DNA of 64,000 nucleotides from Nitrosopumilus sp. (GCA_013215285.1 JABSRD010000001.1:418919-482918); one strand, 5' to 3'. Positions 39,233 through 49,889 are shown, numbered from the stretch's first letter. Notes: generated by a model not told the origin, from the sequence alone. Made by a program: numbers and translations.

Positions 39233-40426
39233 ATGGCAACAGAATTACCTTCAAATATTAAATCTTCAGATGTATTGACTGATCAAACATCATCAAAATG
39301 GTTACCCCCAGGTTTAGCACTTCAAAAAGTTGATGAGAGAATTATGACACTTAATGTTGGACCACAACATCCTGGTTCTGGTCACATGAGATTGATTGTA
39401 CAAATTGATGGTGATTATATTGTTGCATGTGATCCTGATCCTGGATATGTTCATCGTGGAGAAGAAAAAATGGCAGAATATAGAAATTATATCACAAACA
39501 TTCCTCACTTAGAGAGACCAGTAATTCATGATTCATGCAATGTACTTTATCCTTATGTTTTGGGTGTTGAAGAACTTCTTGGTATTGAAGTTCCTGAACG
39601 TGCAAAATATGTTCGAGTTATTGCATCTGAGCTAAACCGATGTATCTACATAATGTACTGGCTTGCAATTTATGGAATATTTTTAGGACACTCTACAATG
39701 TTCATGTGGCCTGCAGGAGATCGTGAACTCTTAATTGATCTTATGGAAAAAATGACTGGTGCAAGAGTTACACACGCACATTTTGTTCCAGGTGGAGTTA
39801 GAAATGATTTACCACCAAACTTTGAAGAGGTTTGTTTGCGTCAGGTTGCATATTTTGAAAAACGTATCAAAGAATACGCTGCAGTATTTTATGATAACCC
39901 AATTCTAATTGCAAGAACTCAAGATACTGGAGTATTATCTCGTCAAGATGCAATTAGACTTGGAACAACTGGTTCTGTACTTCGTGCAAGTGGTGTTGAT
40001 TATGATCTTAGACAGAAAGAACCATACGATGTCTATGAAGAATTAGACATTCACTCCAATGTGATGAAAGAAGGCGATTCTTATGCTAGATCTAAAATTC
40101 CATGGCTTGATATGATGGAAAGCTGTAACATAATTAGACAAGCATTACAGAAAATGCCAAAGTCTGGTTCTGTTAGAGTTAAACTAAAACCAAATCCTAA
40201 AGGAAAAGGACTTAACACTGTTTACAAACGTGTAGAATCTGGTAGAGGTTCTTTAGGTTGTTACATTGTTTCTGATGGTAAACCTGAACCATACAGAGTA
40301 AAACTAAGTGTTCCTTCATTTAGAAATTTGATTGCATTACCATACCTCCTCAAAGGTGAGAAACTTGGTAACATGCCATCAGTTTATTGGAGTCTTAATT
40401 ATTGGCCAGTGGAGGCAGATCGATAA
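39233..40426 (+). CDS. nuoD: NADH-quinone oxidoreductase subunit D
   Basis: LNVGPQHP, GYVHRGEEK, ESGRG, EADR C-terminus. Confidence 0.95.
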   Translation: MATELPSNIKSSDVLTDQTSSKWLPPGLALQKVDERIMTLNVGPQHPGSGHMRLIVQIDGDYIVACDPDPGYVHRGEEKMAEYRNYITNIPHLERPVIHDSCNVLYPYVLGVEELLGIEVPERAKYVRVIASELNRCIYIMYWLAIYGIFLGHSTMFMWPAGDRELLIDLMEKMTGARVTHAHFVPGGVRNDLPPNFEEVCLRQVAYFEKRIKEYAAVFYDNPILIARTQDTGVLSRQDAIRLGTTGSVLRASGVDYDLRQKEPYDVYEELDIHSNVMKEGDSYARSKIPWLDMMESCNIIRQALQKMPKSGSVRVKLKPNPKGKGLNTVYKRVESGRGSLGCYIVSDGKPEPYRVKLSVPSFRNLIALPYLLKGEKLGNMPSVYWSLNYWPVEADR

Positions 40427-41725
40427 ATGTCAGTTATTGCACCAAATTTCAAACTAAGTAAATTCATCGTAGCCATTCTTGGTGATGTATTTTGGATTTT
40501 ACTCCTAGTTGTATTAGTTGGTATTCCTGCAATTTTTATAATTTTATTCTATATTCCACTGCCTGTAATTAATGGTGATTTACTTACACCATTTCTTGCA
40601 TTATCATGGTTAGTGAATCCTACACTTACTATTCCTATAGTTAAAGCATTCATGACTACTGATATCTTTAGAGTAATGGCATTTCCTGGATTTGGTTTTG
40701 CCGTATTGTTAGCAGCTTCTGTAATTTTTATTGAAAGAAAGATGATGGCAAAATTACAATTAAGAGTTGGCCCTTTCTATTGTGGAAAAGTAGAAGGGAT
40801 TTTACAATTGATGGGTGATGGTCTGAAATTAATTTCTAAAGAAATTATTATTCCTGCTAAAGCTGATAAGCCACTTTTCTGGGCGGCACCAGTACTTTTT
40901 GTTGCAACTGCAGCAGCATTTGTTGCATTAATTCCTGTAGCTCCTGGTTGGGTAGTTGCAGATGTGGATTTAGGATTACTTGCAGTATTTGCAGTAATTG
41001 GATTCTTTCCAATCATTACTATTCTTTCTGCATGGTCTGCAAATAGTAAATATCCATTCATTGGAGGAATTAGAGCTTTATTCCAAATGGTTTCATTTGA
41101 AATTCCATTAATCTTATCTTTGTTGGGAGTTGTAATGGTAACTGGAACTCTAAACTTATCTGAAATTGCAGCAAGTCAATCTAGCTTCCCATGGATTATC
41201 TTTTTACCAATTGGTGCGATTGTTTTCTTTATTACAATGCTTGCAGAATTAGAACGAATTCCATTTGATTTACCTGAGGCAGAAAGTGAGATTGTAGCTG
41301 GATGGTTAACAGAACTTTCTGGAATGATGTATGGCCTTGTTCAACTAGGAACTTACCTGAAACTTTACGCATTTGCAGGATTATTTACAGTATTATTCCT
41401 TGCTGGTTGGCATGGTCCAATGGTAATACCACCATTCCCATCTGAACTACTTGCTAATGGACTTGAAATGGGCCCAATTACATTAACTATTGATGGGTTT
41501 CCATTGTTTACACAAGAAATGCTTAATGGAACCCTTTGGTTTGTTATTAAAACAATGGCAGTAATTTTCTTTATAATATTGCCACGAGGTGTATTTCCAA
41601 GAGTTAGAGTTGATATGTTATTGAATCTTGGTTGGACCAAACTCATTGGATTATGTTTCGTTAACATCTTTATTGCTCTAGGTTTGATTTACGCTGGAGT
41701 GCTGGGGCCAGGAGGATTACAATGA
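40427..41725 (+). CDS. nuoH: NADH-quinone oxidoreductase subunit H
   Basis: ERKMMAKLQLRVGP, DGLKLISKE, RIPFDLPEAESE, PRVRVD. Confidence 0.95.
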   Translation: MSVIAPNFKLSKFIVAILGDVFWILLLVVLVGIPAIFIILFYIPLPVINGDLLTPFLALSWLVNPTLTIPIVKAFMTTDIFRVMAFPGFGFAVLLAASVIFIERKMMAKLQLRVGPFYCGKVEGILQLMGDGLKLISKEIIIPAKADKPLFWAAPVLFVATAAAFVALIPVAPGWVVADVDLGLLAVFAVIGFFPIITILSAWSANSKYPFIGGIRALFQMVSFEIPLILSLLGVVMVTGTLNLSEIAASQSSFPWIIFLPIGAIVFFITMLAELERIPFDLPEAESEIVAGWLTELSGMMYGLVQLGTYLKLYAFAGLFTVLFLAGWHGPMVIPPFPSELLANGLEMGPITLTIDGFPLFTQEMLNGTLWFVIKTMAVIFFIILPRGVFPRVRVDMLLNLGWTKLIGLCFVNIFIALGLIYAGVLGPGGLQ

Positions 41726-42222
41726 TAGGAACTGCTACAGGTATTATTCGTGCATTAAATTCTGGAATCAAACATCTCGCAATTAAGCGATTCACACTTC
41801 GTTATCCAGAAGAAAAACTAAAGTTTGTAGGTGATGGATATCAATTTGATCCTTCAACTGGTGTTGGAATTGCTGGACTAAAAGGACGTCATTTGTTATT
41901 TCATGATCATTGTACTGGTTGTCAATTATGTTCTATTGCATGTGAAGGTGTTGCTGAAGCAATTGCAATGGTTAAAGTTCCAGAAGAACATAAACAAAAC
42001 AAGAAAGCAATAATGCCACAAATTGATTATGGCAAATGTGTTTTCTGTGGACTTTGTGTTGATGCATGTCCATTTTATGCACTATACATGACTAATGATT
42101 ATGAACTTTCTTCATTTTCCAAAGAAGGTTTAATCTATACTCCTGCTCAACTTCAGGTAAAACCATATGTTGCACAAGATAGTGAAATCATAATTACATC
42201 TAGGGGCGCAACACATGGCTGA
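41722..42222 (+). CDS. nuoI: NADH-quinone oxidoreductase subunit I
   Basis: Two 4Fe-4S motifs, CTGCQLCSIAC and CVFCGLCVDACP. Confidence 0.95.
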   Translation: MIGTATGIIRALNSGIKHLAIKRFTLRYPEEKLKFVGDGYQFDPSTGVGIAGLKGRHLLFHDHCTGCQLCSIACEGVAEAIAMVKVPEEHKQNKKAIMPQIDYGKCVFCGLCVDACPFYALYMTNDYELSSFSKEGLIYTPAQLQVKPYVAQDSEIIITSRGATHG

Positions 42223-42727
42223 TGTTGCTTTTCTTGCATTAACTGTAATTACAATTGGTTCTGCAATTGCTGCACTTGAAATGAGATCATTAATTTATGG
42301 TTCCATTGCATTGATGGGAACTCTTGGTGGCATTGCTGGATTTTTCTTGTTGTTAGATGCACCTTTTGTTGCATTATTCCAATTAGCAGTTTATGTTGGT
42401 TCTATTGCTGTTTTGATTTTGTTTACTGTAATGTTGGTAAAAAGAGAACTTATCTTCAAAAAAATTGAAGACAAGAGAAGAAAATTTGCAGGCATTGGAT
42501 TAATGCTTGTGTTGATGGTTGCATTGGGTGCAGTGTTTGTAGATTCTGGAATTAAAACAATGACTACTGATGAACCTTCAGTTAATTTTAGAGATATTGG
42601 TGCTGATTTTGTAACATATTATTGGCCTGCATTGATTTTGATGGGTCTAATTTTAGCAGGTTCTGTAACTGGTGCATTGGTATTAGCAAGACGAGTAGAT
42701 GAGGAAAATGACCAGCGAATTAATTGA
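42215..42727 (+). CDS. nuoJ: NADH-quinone oxidoreductase subunit J
   Basis: QLAVYVGSIAVLILF. Confidence 0.92.
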   Translation: MADVAFLALTVITIGSAIAALEMRSLIYGSIALMGTLGGIAGFFLLLDAPFVALFQLAVYVGSIAVLILFTVMLVKRELIFKKIEDKRRKFAGIGLMLVLMVALGAVFVDSGIKTMTTDEPSVNFRDIGADFVTYYWPALILMGLILAGSVTGALVLARRVDEENDQRIN

Positions 42728-43013
42728 TTTTACATTAGTATCTGTTGCTCTATTGGGTATAGGAATTTACGGTCTTGCCGTAAAACGTAATTTTATTCGA
42801 ATGTTATTTGCAATTGAAATAATCATCAATGCTGCAAATCTTAATCTTGTTGCATTTGGTAGATTCTTGCCACATAGTGGTGGTCAGACTTTGGCATTAT
42901 TTTCAATTGCAATTGCAGCTGCAGAGGTAGCAGTAGGATTATCATTAATTATCGTGGCATATCGTATGTACCAAAATGTAGATATCGCAGACTTTAGGAG
43001 TTTGAAAGGATAA
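42708..43013 (+). CDS. nuoK: NADH-quinone oxidoreductase subunit K
   Basis: IEIIINAANLN, AAAEVAVGL. Start taken at MTSEL. Confidence 0.93.
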   Translation: MTSELIDFTLVSVALLGIGIYGLAVKRNFIRMLFAIEIIINAANLNLVAFGRFLPHSGGQTLALFSIAIAAAEVAVGLSLIIVAYRMYQNVDIADFRSLKG

Positions 43014-44566
43014 TGGAATACGCCTTATTACAGGCAGTTTTCCTGCCCTTGCTATTATCTCCCGTAGTATACATTGTTGGAAGAAAAATGGGTCCTGCTC
43101 CAGCAATGTGGTTTACCTTTGCAATTCTACTTTATGCAACAATTCTGATAATTAATGCAGCACTTTCTGGAACTGTAGAAGAACATTATCCATGGACATC
43201 AATGTTTGGAGAGTTTGGTTTCTTGTTAGATGGTTTATCATCACCATTTGCAATAATGATCTATGTATTATCTACAATCTTGGCACTTTATTCAAAACCA
43301 TACATGCTTCACAAATTCCATCAACAGTTTGAAGAAGAACAAAAAATCATTACAACTACAAGTGGCCAAACTTCAATCATTGAATCATCTGCTCTTTCAA
43401 ATTATGTAAATGCAAAATCTGGACTTTACTTTGCACTTTATCTTCTATTTGCAATGGGAATGCTTGGAACAGTCCTTTCAACTAATCTGATCGAGTTCTT
43501 TGTCTTCTTTGAAATAATGTTGATTCCTGGTTTCTTTTTAGTTGCTCTTTGGGGTGATGGTCCAAGAAGAAAGATTGGTTTAATGTTCCTGTTTTGGACT
43601 CATGCTGGTGCGGTAGTTTTACTATTAGGATTTTTGATGATTGGTCTTACGATTGGCAGTTTTGATTTTGCAAATATTCGTGAATCTGAAATTCCTCCAG
43701 ATATTGCAATGTTTTCTGCAGTTGCTATTGCGTTAGGTCTCGGTGTTAAACTTGCAGTCTTTATGTTCCATATTTGGCTTCCATATGTTCACGGTTCTGC
43801 ACCAACACCAATCAGTGCATTATTGTCACCAGCTATGATTGGAATTGGAGCTTATGGTATTTTCAGATTAATTGTTGAATTACTACCTGCAGCGTATGCA
43901 GACCTTGCAATATGGTTCTACATTTGGGGACTTGTTACAATGATTTATGGTGGTGCAATGGCACTGATGCAAGATGACTTGAAACGTCTTCTTGCTTATT
44001 CTAGTATTAGTCAGATGGGTTATCTTTTGTTTGGTATTGGTACAATTTCTGTACTTGGTCTTGCAGGTGCAGAAATGATGTACATAACACATGCAATTGG
44101 AAAAGGAATTCTTTTCATGATGGCTGGAATTATTATCGTTAAAGTTGGAACTAGAAGTATCTCTAAACTTGGAGGATTAGCTGGAAAGATGCCAATTACA
44201 GCAGTATGTGCAGTTATTGGCGCATTAACAATCATGGGAATTCCACCAACTGCTGGTTTCATGGGAGAATGGATTCTCTTTGCAGGTGCATTGCAAACTG
44301 CAATTGAAGAAGGTTCTACACTTAGAGCCGTAGGATTTGGTTTAGGTCTTATTGCAACTGTCCTTACAATGTCTTATCTTCTTTGGATGCTAAAACGTGT
44401 ATTCTTTGGCAAAACTCCTAAACATCTTGAAAATGTGAAAGAAGGAAGTTGGTACATGACTGTACCTATGATGGTTTTAGCAGGATTTTCTATTGTACTG
44501 GGAATCTATCCAGACATCTTCTATAGATCAATTCTTCCGTACATGAATGGAGTTTTGGGGGTTTAG
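43013..44566 (+). CDS. nuoM: NADH-quinone oxidoreductase subunit M
   Basis: FFEIMLIP, HIWLPYVHGSAPTP, KRLLAYSSISQMG. Confidence 0.92.
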   Translation: MEYALLQAVFLPLLLSPVVYIVGRKMGPAPAMWFTFAILLYATILIINAALSGTVEEHYPWTSMFGEFGFLLDGLSSPFAIMIYVLSTILALYSKPYMLHKFHQQFEEEQKIITTTSGQTSIIESSALSNYVNAKSGLYFALYLLFAMGMLGTVLSTNLIEFFVFFEIMLIPGFFLVALWGDGPRRKIGLMFLFWTHAGAVVLLLGFLMIGLTIGSFDFANIRESEIPPDIAMFSAVAIALGLGVKLAVFMFHIWLPYVHGSAPTPISALLSPAMIGIGAYGIFRLIVELLPAAYADLAIWFYIWGLVTMIYGGAMALMQDDLKRLLAYSSISQMGYLLFGIGTISVLGLAGAEMMYITHAIGKGILFMMAGIIIVKVGTRSISKLGGLAGKMPITAVCAVIGALTIMGIPPTAGFMGEWILFAGALQTAIEEGSTLRAVGFGLGLIATVLTMSYLLWMLKRVFFGKTPKHLENVKEGSWYMTVPMMVLAGFSIVLGIYPDIFYRSILPYMNGVLGV

Positions 44567-44569
44567 AAT

Positions 44570-46666
44570 ATGGCAACTGAATTAATGGGATTTGAAATTG
44601 GAGCAACTAGTGCTTGGTTGGTTTGGATTCTTCCATTTGCAGCAGCTTTAATCATACCTGGAATTGCTAAATTATCCAAAAATGGAACTGGCCACTTATC
44701 AAAACACGCAACTGGTTACATTGCAGTAGCATTTGCTTTGATGAGTACATTATCTGCAGCATCACTGATTCCAATTGCTTTAGAGGCTGGTGAAATACAT
44801 CATCAAATTCCATGGATAGAGTCACTTGGTCTCAAAGCTGGTGTCTTGGCAGATCCACTTTCCATTATAATGTCAAACGTTGTAGGTTGGATTTCATTCC
44901 TCATTATGATTTACAGTACAGGATACATGAAAGGTGACAAAGACATTACCAGATTTTGGTTCTGGATGTTATTCTTCATTGGTTCAATGCAATTAATTGT
45001 AATGTCTGATAATTTACTTCAAGTATTCTTTGGTTGGGAAGGTGTAGGTCTTGCATCGTATGCGTTGATCAGCTTTTGGTATCGTGATAAGAAGAAAGAT
45101 CATGTTGGTGTCGAAGGACGAACTGTTCTTGGAATGTTGGATTACTATTCACCAACTCATGCTGGTATGAAGGCATTCATCATGACCAAAGTTGGTGATG
45201 TAATGATGATTGCAGGTATGCTTTTGATATTTATATTTGCAGGTACTTTTGGATTTAAAGAATTATTGGAAGACACTTCGTGGGCAACTGCAATGTCTGC
45301 TCAAGGACTTTTAGTTCCTGCATTTGTTTTACTCTTTGGAGGTGCAATGGGTAAATCTGCACAATTCCCATTAAATGAATGGTTGTTAGAAGCAATGACT
45401 GGACCAACTGCTGTATCTGCATTGATTCATGCAGCAACTATGGTAAAGGCTGGTGTATTTTTAGTTGCAAGATTAGGCCCTCTTGTATTTGCATTAGGAG
45501 CAGCAGGAATTCTTGCAGACCAATTCTTTGAAGTAATTGCTTGGGTTGGTGCAATCACTGCATTACTATTAGCAACACAAGCAATGGTTAATCCTGAAAT
45601 CAAGAAAGTTCTTGCGTATTCTACTGGTTCTCAAATAGGTTATATGATGATGGCATTAGGAGTTGCAGGATTATCTTATCAATATGTTGATGGTTATACT
45701 GCAGGATTCTTCCATTTGATTTCTCATGCAATGTTCAAAGCTTCATTATTCATGGCAGCGGGTGCTATACTGCATACTGTTGGCTCTCGATTTATGACTG
45801 ATATGGGTGGTCTGAGAAAGAAGATGAAGAAAACTTATGCATTCATGTGGGCTGCAGGTCTTGGTCTAATGGGTGCTCCATTTATCACGACAGGTTTCTG
45901 GAGTAAGGATGCTATCTTTGCTACTATCTATGAATCTGGAAATGAATGGGCATTGCCACTATTTTTAATTGCTGTCATAACTGCAGTAATCACTGCTTTT
46001 TACACTATGAGAATGATGGGATTAGTCTTCTTTGGAAATAAGAGTAAACACATTGAAAAAATGGAAGAAGAAGGACATCATATTCATGAAGCACCTTTAT
46101 CCATGTGGATCCCATATGGTATTCTTGCAGTTCTTACTATTGGAATTGGACTAGTTGGGTTATCTGCAGAAGAAGGACTTCATCATACGTTTGTAGATTT
46201 TCTTGAAAATTCTTATGGAATTCACACTGTACATCTTGTAGCAGAACCTTCAATTTTACCTGAATTCTTACAAGGGCTTAATCCTGTTGCACTTGGATCA
46301 TCCTTAGCAGCATTTGCTATAGGTGCGGGATTAGGATACATCTTCTATATTGGCAGATGGGTTGATCCTGCAAAAGTTGTAAACTCTAACATTCTCTTTT
46401 ACTCAATTCATAAACTTCTCTTAAACAGATGGTACCTTAATGCTATGGTGTATTGGTGCTTTGTTGTAGCACCATTATGGTTGGCAAGAGGTGTATACCG
46501 ATACTTTGAAAAGACAGCTATCGATTATGGAATGAACGATGGAATGCAGAAAGCAGTTGGATGGAGTGCCAAAGTCATACAAGGAACTCAAACTGGTGTT
46601 TCACAATCATATCTATTCGTATTTGGAGCAGGACTATTATTCGTAGTTTTGATATTGTTGATATAG
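44570..46666 (+). CDS. nuoL: NADH-quinone oxidoreductase subunit L
   Basis: GWEGVG, KSAQFPL..WL..AM.GPT.VSALIHAATMV, HAMFKA. Confidence 0.94.
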   Translation: MATELMGFEIGATSAWLVWILPFAAALIIPGIAKLSKNGTGHLSKHATGYIAVAFALMSTLSAASLIPIALEAGEIHHQIPWIESLGLKAGVLADPLSIIMSNVVGWISFLIMIYSTGYMKGDKDITRFWFWMLFFIGSMQLIVMSDNLLQVFFGWEGVGLASYALISFWYRDKKKDHVGVEGRTVLGMLDYYSPTHAGMKAFIMTKVGDVMMIAGMLLIFIFAGTFGFKELLEDTSWATAMSAQGLLVPAFVLLFGGAMGKSAQFPLNEWLLEAMTGPTAVSALIHAATMVKAGVFLVARLGPLVFALGAAGILADQFFEVIAWVGAITALLLATQAMVNPEIKKVLAYSTGSQIGYMMMALGVAGLSYQYVDGYTAGFFHLISHAMFKASLFMAAGAILHTVGSRFMTDMGGLRKKMKKTYAFMWAAGLGLMGAPFITTGFWSKDAIFATIYESGNEWALPLFLIAVITAVITAFYTMRMMGLVFFGNKSKHIEKMEEEGHHIHEAPLSMWIPYGILAVLTIGIGLVGLSAEEGLHHTFVDFLENSYGIHTVHLVAEPSILPEFLQGLNPVALGSSLAAFAIGAGLGYIFYIGRWVDPAKVVNSNILFYSIHKLLLNRWYLNAMVYWCFVVAPLWLARGVYRYFEKTAIDYGMNDGMQKAVGWSAKVIQGTQTGVSQSYLFVFGAGLLFVVLILLI

Positions 46667-46676
46667 GTGATATGAA

Positions 46677-48161
46677 ATGTTAGAAATTACTTCCACTCCA
46701 TTGGTAATAATGGCAATTTTGGGAACTGTTGGTATCCTTCTTCCAATAATTAGTATTATAAGAAAAGAAAAAGGTTCTAATTCATTTTATGCTGTAATTG
46801 CATTTGCGGCATTAATTGTATCTGTGGGTTATGTTGGATATCAATTCATTAATGATAACGTGGCTGCATCTGCACTTTTCTCTGAAGATGTAATAGTCAA
46901 TGATGCATTTGGTGGATTCTTTGCAATAGCAATGTTAATTGTTGCTTTGTTCACCACTGTTGGCTCTTTTAATTATATGAGAAAACATAATTCTCCAGCT
47001 GTTTACTATTCTCTAATTTTACTTGCTACCATTGGTATGGTGTTAGTGGCATATTCTACTGATTTGGTAATGCTATTTGTTGCATGGGAATTAATGAGTA
47101 TTCCAACATATGTTTTGGTTGGATTTATGAAAAAGAATCCAAGCTCAAATGAGGCAGCTTTAAAGTATTTCTTGTTTGGTGCATTATCTTCTGCAATCAT
47201 AGTTTATGGAATTTCAATTGCATACGGATTAACTGGTTCTACAAATATTGGAGAAGTCATTCAAGGTTATGTTACGCTTGATCCTTCTATGATACCACTT
47301 GCTTTACTTTCAGTTGGAATGTTTATTGCAGGATTTGGATTCAAGATGGGACTTGTACCTTTCCATCAATGGCTTCCAGATACTTATGAAGGTGCACCTA
47401 CACCAATCACTGCTCTTCTTGCAGCAGCAACAAAAAAGGCAGGATTTGCCGCAACAATAAGGGTTATTGTTCTTGGAATGGTTGTACTTAATCTTGATTG
47501 GACCTTAGCTCTTGGTATTCTTGCTGTAATGACTATGACTATTGGTAACGTTGCTGCAATCATGCAAAAGAATCTCACTAGAATGTTAGCATATTCTAGT
47601 ATAGCACATGCTGGATACATTTTGATTGGACTTGCAGTTGCACCACATACTCCTCTTGGTTTACAAGGTTCTTTGTATCATATAATGAATCATGCTGTAA
47701 TGAAAGGTGCAGCCTTTATTGCAATTGCAGGAATTGTTACAACTCTTGCAGTAACTAATTTGGATAAACTACAAGGACTTGGACGACGAATGCCAATTAC
47801 TGCTTTAGGTTTAGTTATCGCATTATTCGCATTAGCCGGCATTCCTCCACTTTCAGGTTTCTGGAGTAAAATAATGTTATTTGGTAGTGCATTAGATGCA
47901 GGTTCTGTTGTATGGTGGGCACCATGGCTTGCAATTGCTGGTGTTCTTAACAGTGCGTTATCCCTTGCTTACTATGGTTGGATTACTAAAAAGATGTACT
48001 TTGAAGGTGAAACAGAAAAGAGAGTCAAAGAACCAAAATCAATTATTGCTGTAATGATATTCTCTATAGTCTTCTTAATTGGATTTGGTGTATATCCAGA
48101 ACCACTAATTCAATTTGTAGAATTTGCGACACCCACAATTAGTTCAAGTCTTATGCCTTAA
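46677..48161 (+). CDS. nuoN: NADH-quinone oxidoreductase subunit N
   Basis: EAALKYF, FKMGLVPFHQWLPD.YEGAP, RMLAYSSIAH, GIPPLSGF. Confidence 0.94.
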   Translation: MLEITSTPLVIMAILGTVGILLPIISIIRKEKGSNSFYAVIAFAALIVSVGYVGYQFINDNVAASALFSEDVIVNDAFGGFFAIAMLIVALFTTVGSFNYMRKHNSPAVYYSLILLATIGMVLVAYSTDLVMLFVAWELMSIPTYVLVGFMKKNPSSNEAALKYFLFGALSSAIIVYGISIAYGLTGSTNIGEVIQGYVTLDPSMIPLALLSVGMFIAGFGFKMGLVPFHQWLPDTYEGAPTPITALLAAATKKAGFAATIRVIVLGMVVLNLDWTLALGILAVMTMTIGNVAAIMQKNLTRMLAYSSIAHAGYILIGLAVAPHTPLGLQGSLYHIMNHAVMKGAAFIAIAGIVTTLAVTNLDKLQGLGRRMPITALGLVIALFALAGIPPLSGFWSKIMLFGSALDAGSVVWWAPWLAIAGVLNSALSLAYYGWITKKMYFEGETEKRVKEPKSIIAVMIFSIVFLIGFGVYPEPLIQFVEFATPTISSSLMP

Positions 48162-49002
48162 ACGAAGTAAATTTAATTAAATTTTCTAGATTTATTTTTG
48201 CATCACTATCTGGAATTTTTCTCAAACTATATCTTGCTTTTTCTGAATATTCTTTTAACATATCTTCCATTTTGTTAAAAATATCTCTTGGATCTGAACT
48301 TTTCTTTATTAGTAAATTAAATAATTTATCTTCATTTTTCCAATCTAACAAATCATCTCGAATTTGATATGCAATTCCAAGATTTATTCCATATTCAGAT
48401 AATGCCTCAATTTGTTCTTCTGTTCCGTTTGCAATAATTGCACCAGTTCTTGCTGCAACTTGAAATGCTGTAGCAGTTTTGAATTCGATTACTTTGAGAT
48501 AATCATCAAATGTAACATCTTCACTAGTTTCTAATCTTGCTTCAATCATTTCGCCTTCACTCATTAACATAGCAGTGGTGGCCAAATCTTTTGTAATTCT
48601 GACATTATCCAATCTGGAAGATATTGCAAGAATTAATCCTAAAACAAAATCTCCTGTTAAAACACTGGTATTGTATCCAAATTTAATATGGAATGGATCC
48701 TTTTGCCTTCTCATAGTTTCATTATCAATAATATCATCGTGAATAATTGATTCCATGTGTAGAAATTCAACAGCACATGATGCCGATAGTACATTCTCAT
48801 CAATTTTACCTACACTCTCAGCGGCCAAATTCAAGATTATTGGTCTAATTCGTTTGCCCCCCTCTAGAGAATATTTTAATGGTTCAATAAATTCAGATTC
48901 AGAATATATGGAAAGCTCATCTTCTAAGGCTTGATCTATTCTTTCAATATATTTTCCATATGTTTCAAGTAGCGGATTTATTTCAATATTTTTTCTGTCC
49001 AA
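48151..49002 (-). CDS. Polyprenyl diphosphate synthase (GGPP synthase family)
   Basis: GGKRIRP, HDDIID (FARM), KTA, QIRDD (SARM). Confidence 0.9.
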   Translation of the reverse strand: MDRKNIEINPLLETYGKYIERIDQALEDELSIYSESEFIEPLKYSLEGGKRIRPIILNLAAESVGKIDENVLSASCAVEFLHMESIIHDDIIDNETMRRQKDPFHIKFGYNTSVLTGDFVLGLILAISSRLDNVRITKDLATTAMLMSEGEMIEARLETSEDVTFDDYLKVIEFKTATAFQVAARTGAIIANGTEEQIEALSEYGINLGIAYQIRDDLLDWKNEDKLFNLLIKKSSDPRDIFNKMEDMLKEYSEKARYSLRKIPDSDAKINLENLIKFTSFKA

Positions 49003-49042
49003 GATACCTAATCAAAAAATTTCCTCATAAGTAAATAAATCA

Positions 49043-49136
49043 TGGTGCTCCAGCCGGGATTTTCATCGTTTGATTTTGAACCCGGGATCTCTGCCTTGAA
49101 AGGGCAGAATGCTTGACCGGTCTACACCACTGGAAC
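49043..49136 (-). tRNA. tRNA-Glu(TTC) with a 15-nt BHB intron at position 59/60 (49060-49074), CCA encoded
   Basis: TCTGCC-CT TTC AA-GGCAGA anticodon arm. The T-loop is interrupted as TTCAAA^ATCAAACGATGAAAA^T, and removing the insert restores TTCAAAT. Confidence 0.93.
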
Positions 49137-49215
49137 CCAAGAAATTTCAGTATTTTGACCATAAAATCTTTTGTAAACCACAAAGATTTTTTATTGGGAA
49201 ATTTTGAGATGAATT

Positions 49216-49848
49216 ATGAATATAATTAAAAAAATAGATGACATGATTGAGGAAAGAAGCTTACTAAAACATCCATTTTATCAGATGTGGTCTGATGGTA
49301 AACTCACACAAGAATCCTTAGCAGGTTATTCTAAAGAATATTTTCAACTTGTTAAAGCAGTTCCATTGTTCATAACTCCAATTATTGAAAAAGCACAAGA
49401 TACAGTGGTTAGTGAATTAATTTCAAATCAGCAAGAAGAATCTGATCATATTAAACCTTGGATTAATTTTGCAGGCGAACTTGGTATATCTGAAGATGAA
49501 CTAATTTCATATTCTGGAACATCTAAAACCCGTGAAGCTGTTTCTGATTTGAATGAGTTAATGAATACCTATGAAGGTGGAGCATGTGCAATGTATGCTT
49601 TTGAAAAAGAGATTCCAAAAATTAGCCAAACAAAACTTGATGGATTAAAAGAATTCTATGGATTAACAAATGATGAAGCAACAGAATATTTTAAACTTCA
49701 TACTGAAGCTGATATTAGACATACTGCATCATGGAGACATATTCTTGAAACTTCTTCAACTGATCAAAGTGATTTAATTGAAATTGCAAACAAATCAATT
49801 TCTGCACAAAACTTGTTACTTGATAGTTGTTATGAAGAATATTGCTAA
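49216..49848 (+). CDS. CADD/PqqC/TenA heme-oxygenase-like dimetal protein
   Basis: HPFYQMWSDGKL, EESDH, YAFEKEIPKISQTKLDGL, YFKLHTEADIRH. Confidence 0.85.
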   Translation: MNIIKKIDDMIEERSLLKHPFYQMWSDGKLTQESLAGYSKEYFQLVKAVPLFITPIIEKAQDTVVSELISNQQEESDHIKPWINFAGELGISEDELISYSGTSKTREAVSDLNELMNTYEGGACAMYAFEKEIPKISQTKLDGLKEFYGLTNDEATEYFKLHTEADIRHTASWRHILETSSTDQSDLIEIANKSISAQNLLLDSCYEEYC

Positions 49849-49889
49849 TCTCATAACATTTTATATCTGAGCAAAAATCCATTTGCTTA

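Noticed and set aside
37639-48161. Complex I lacking nuoEFG, with M before L
   Set aside because: An established feature of Nitrososphaerota, not novel
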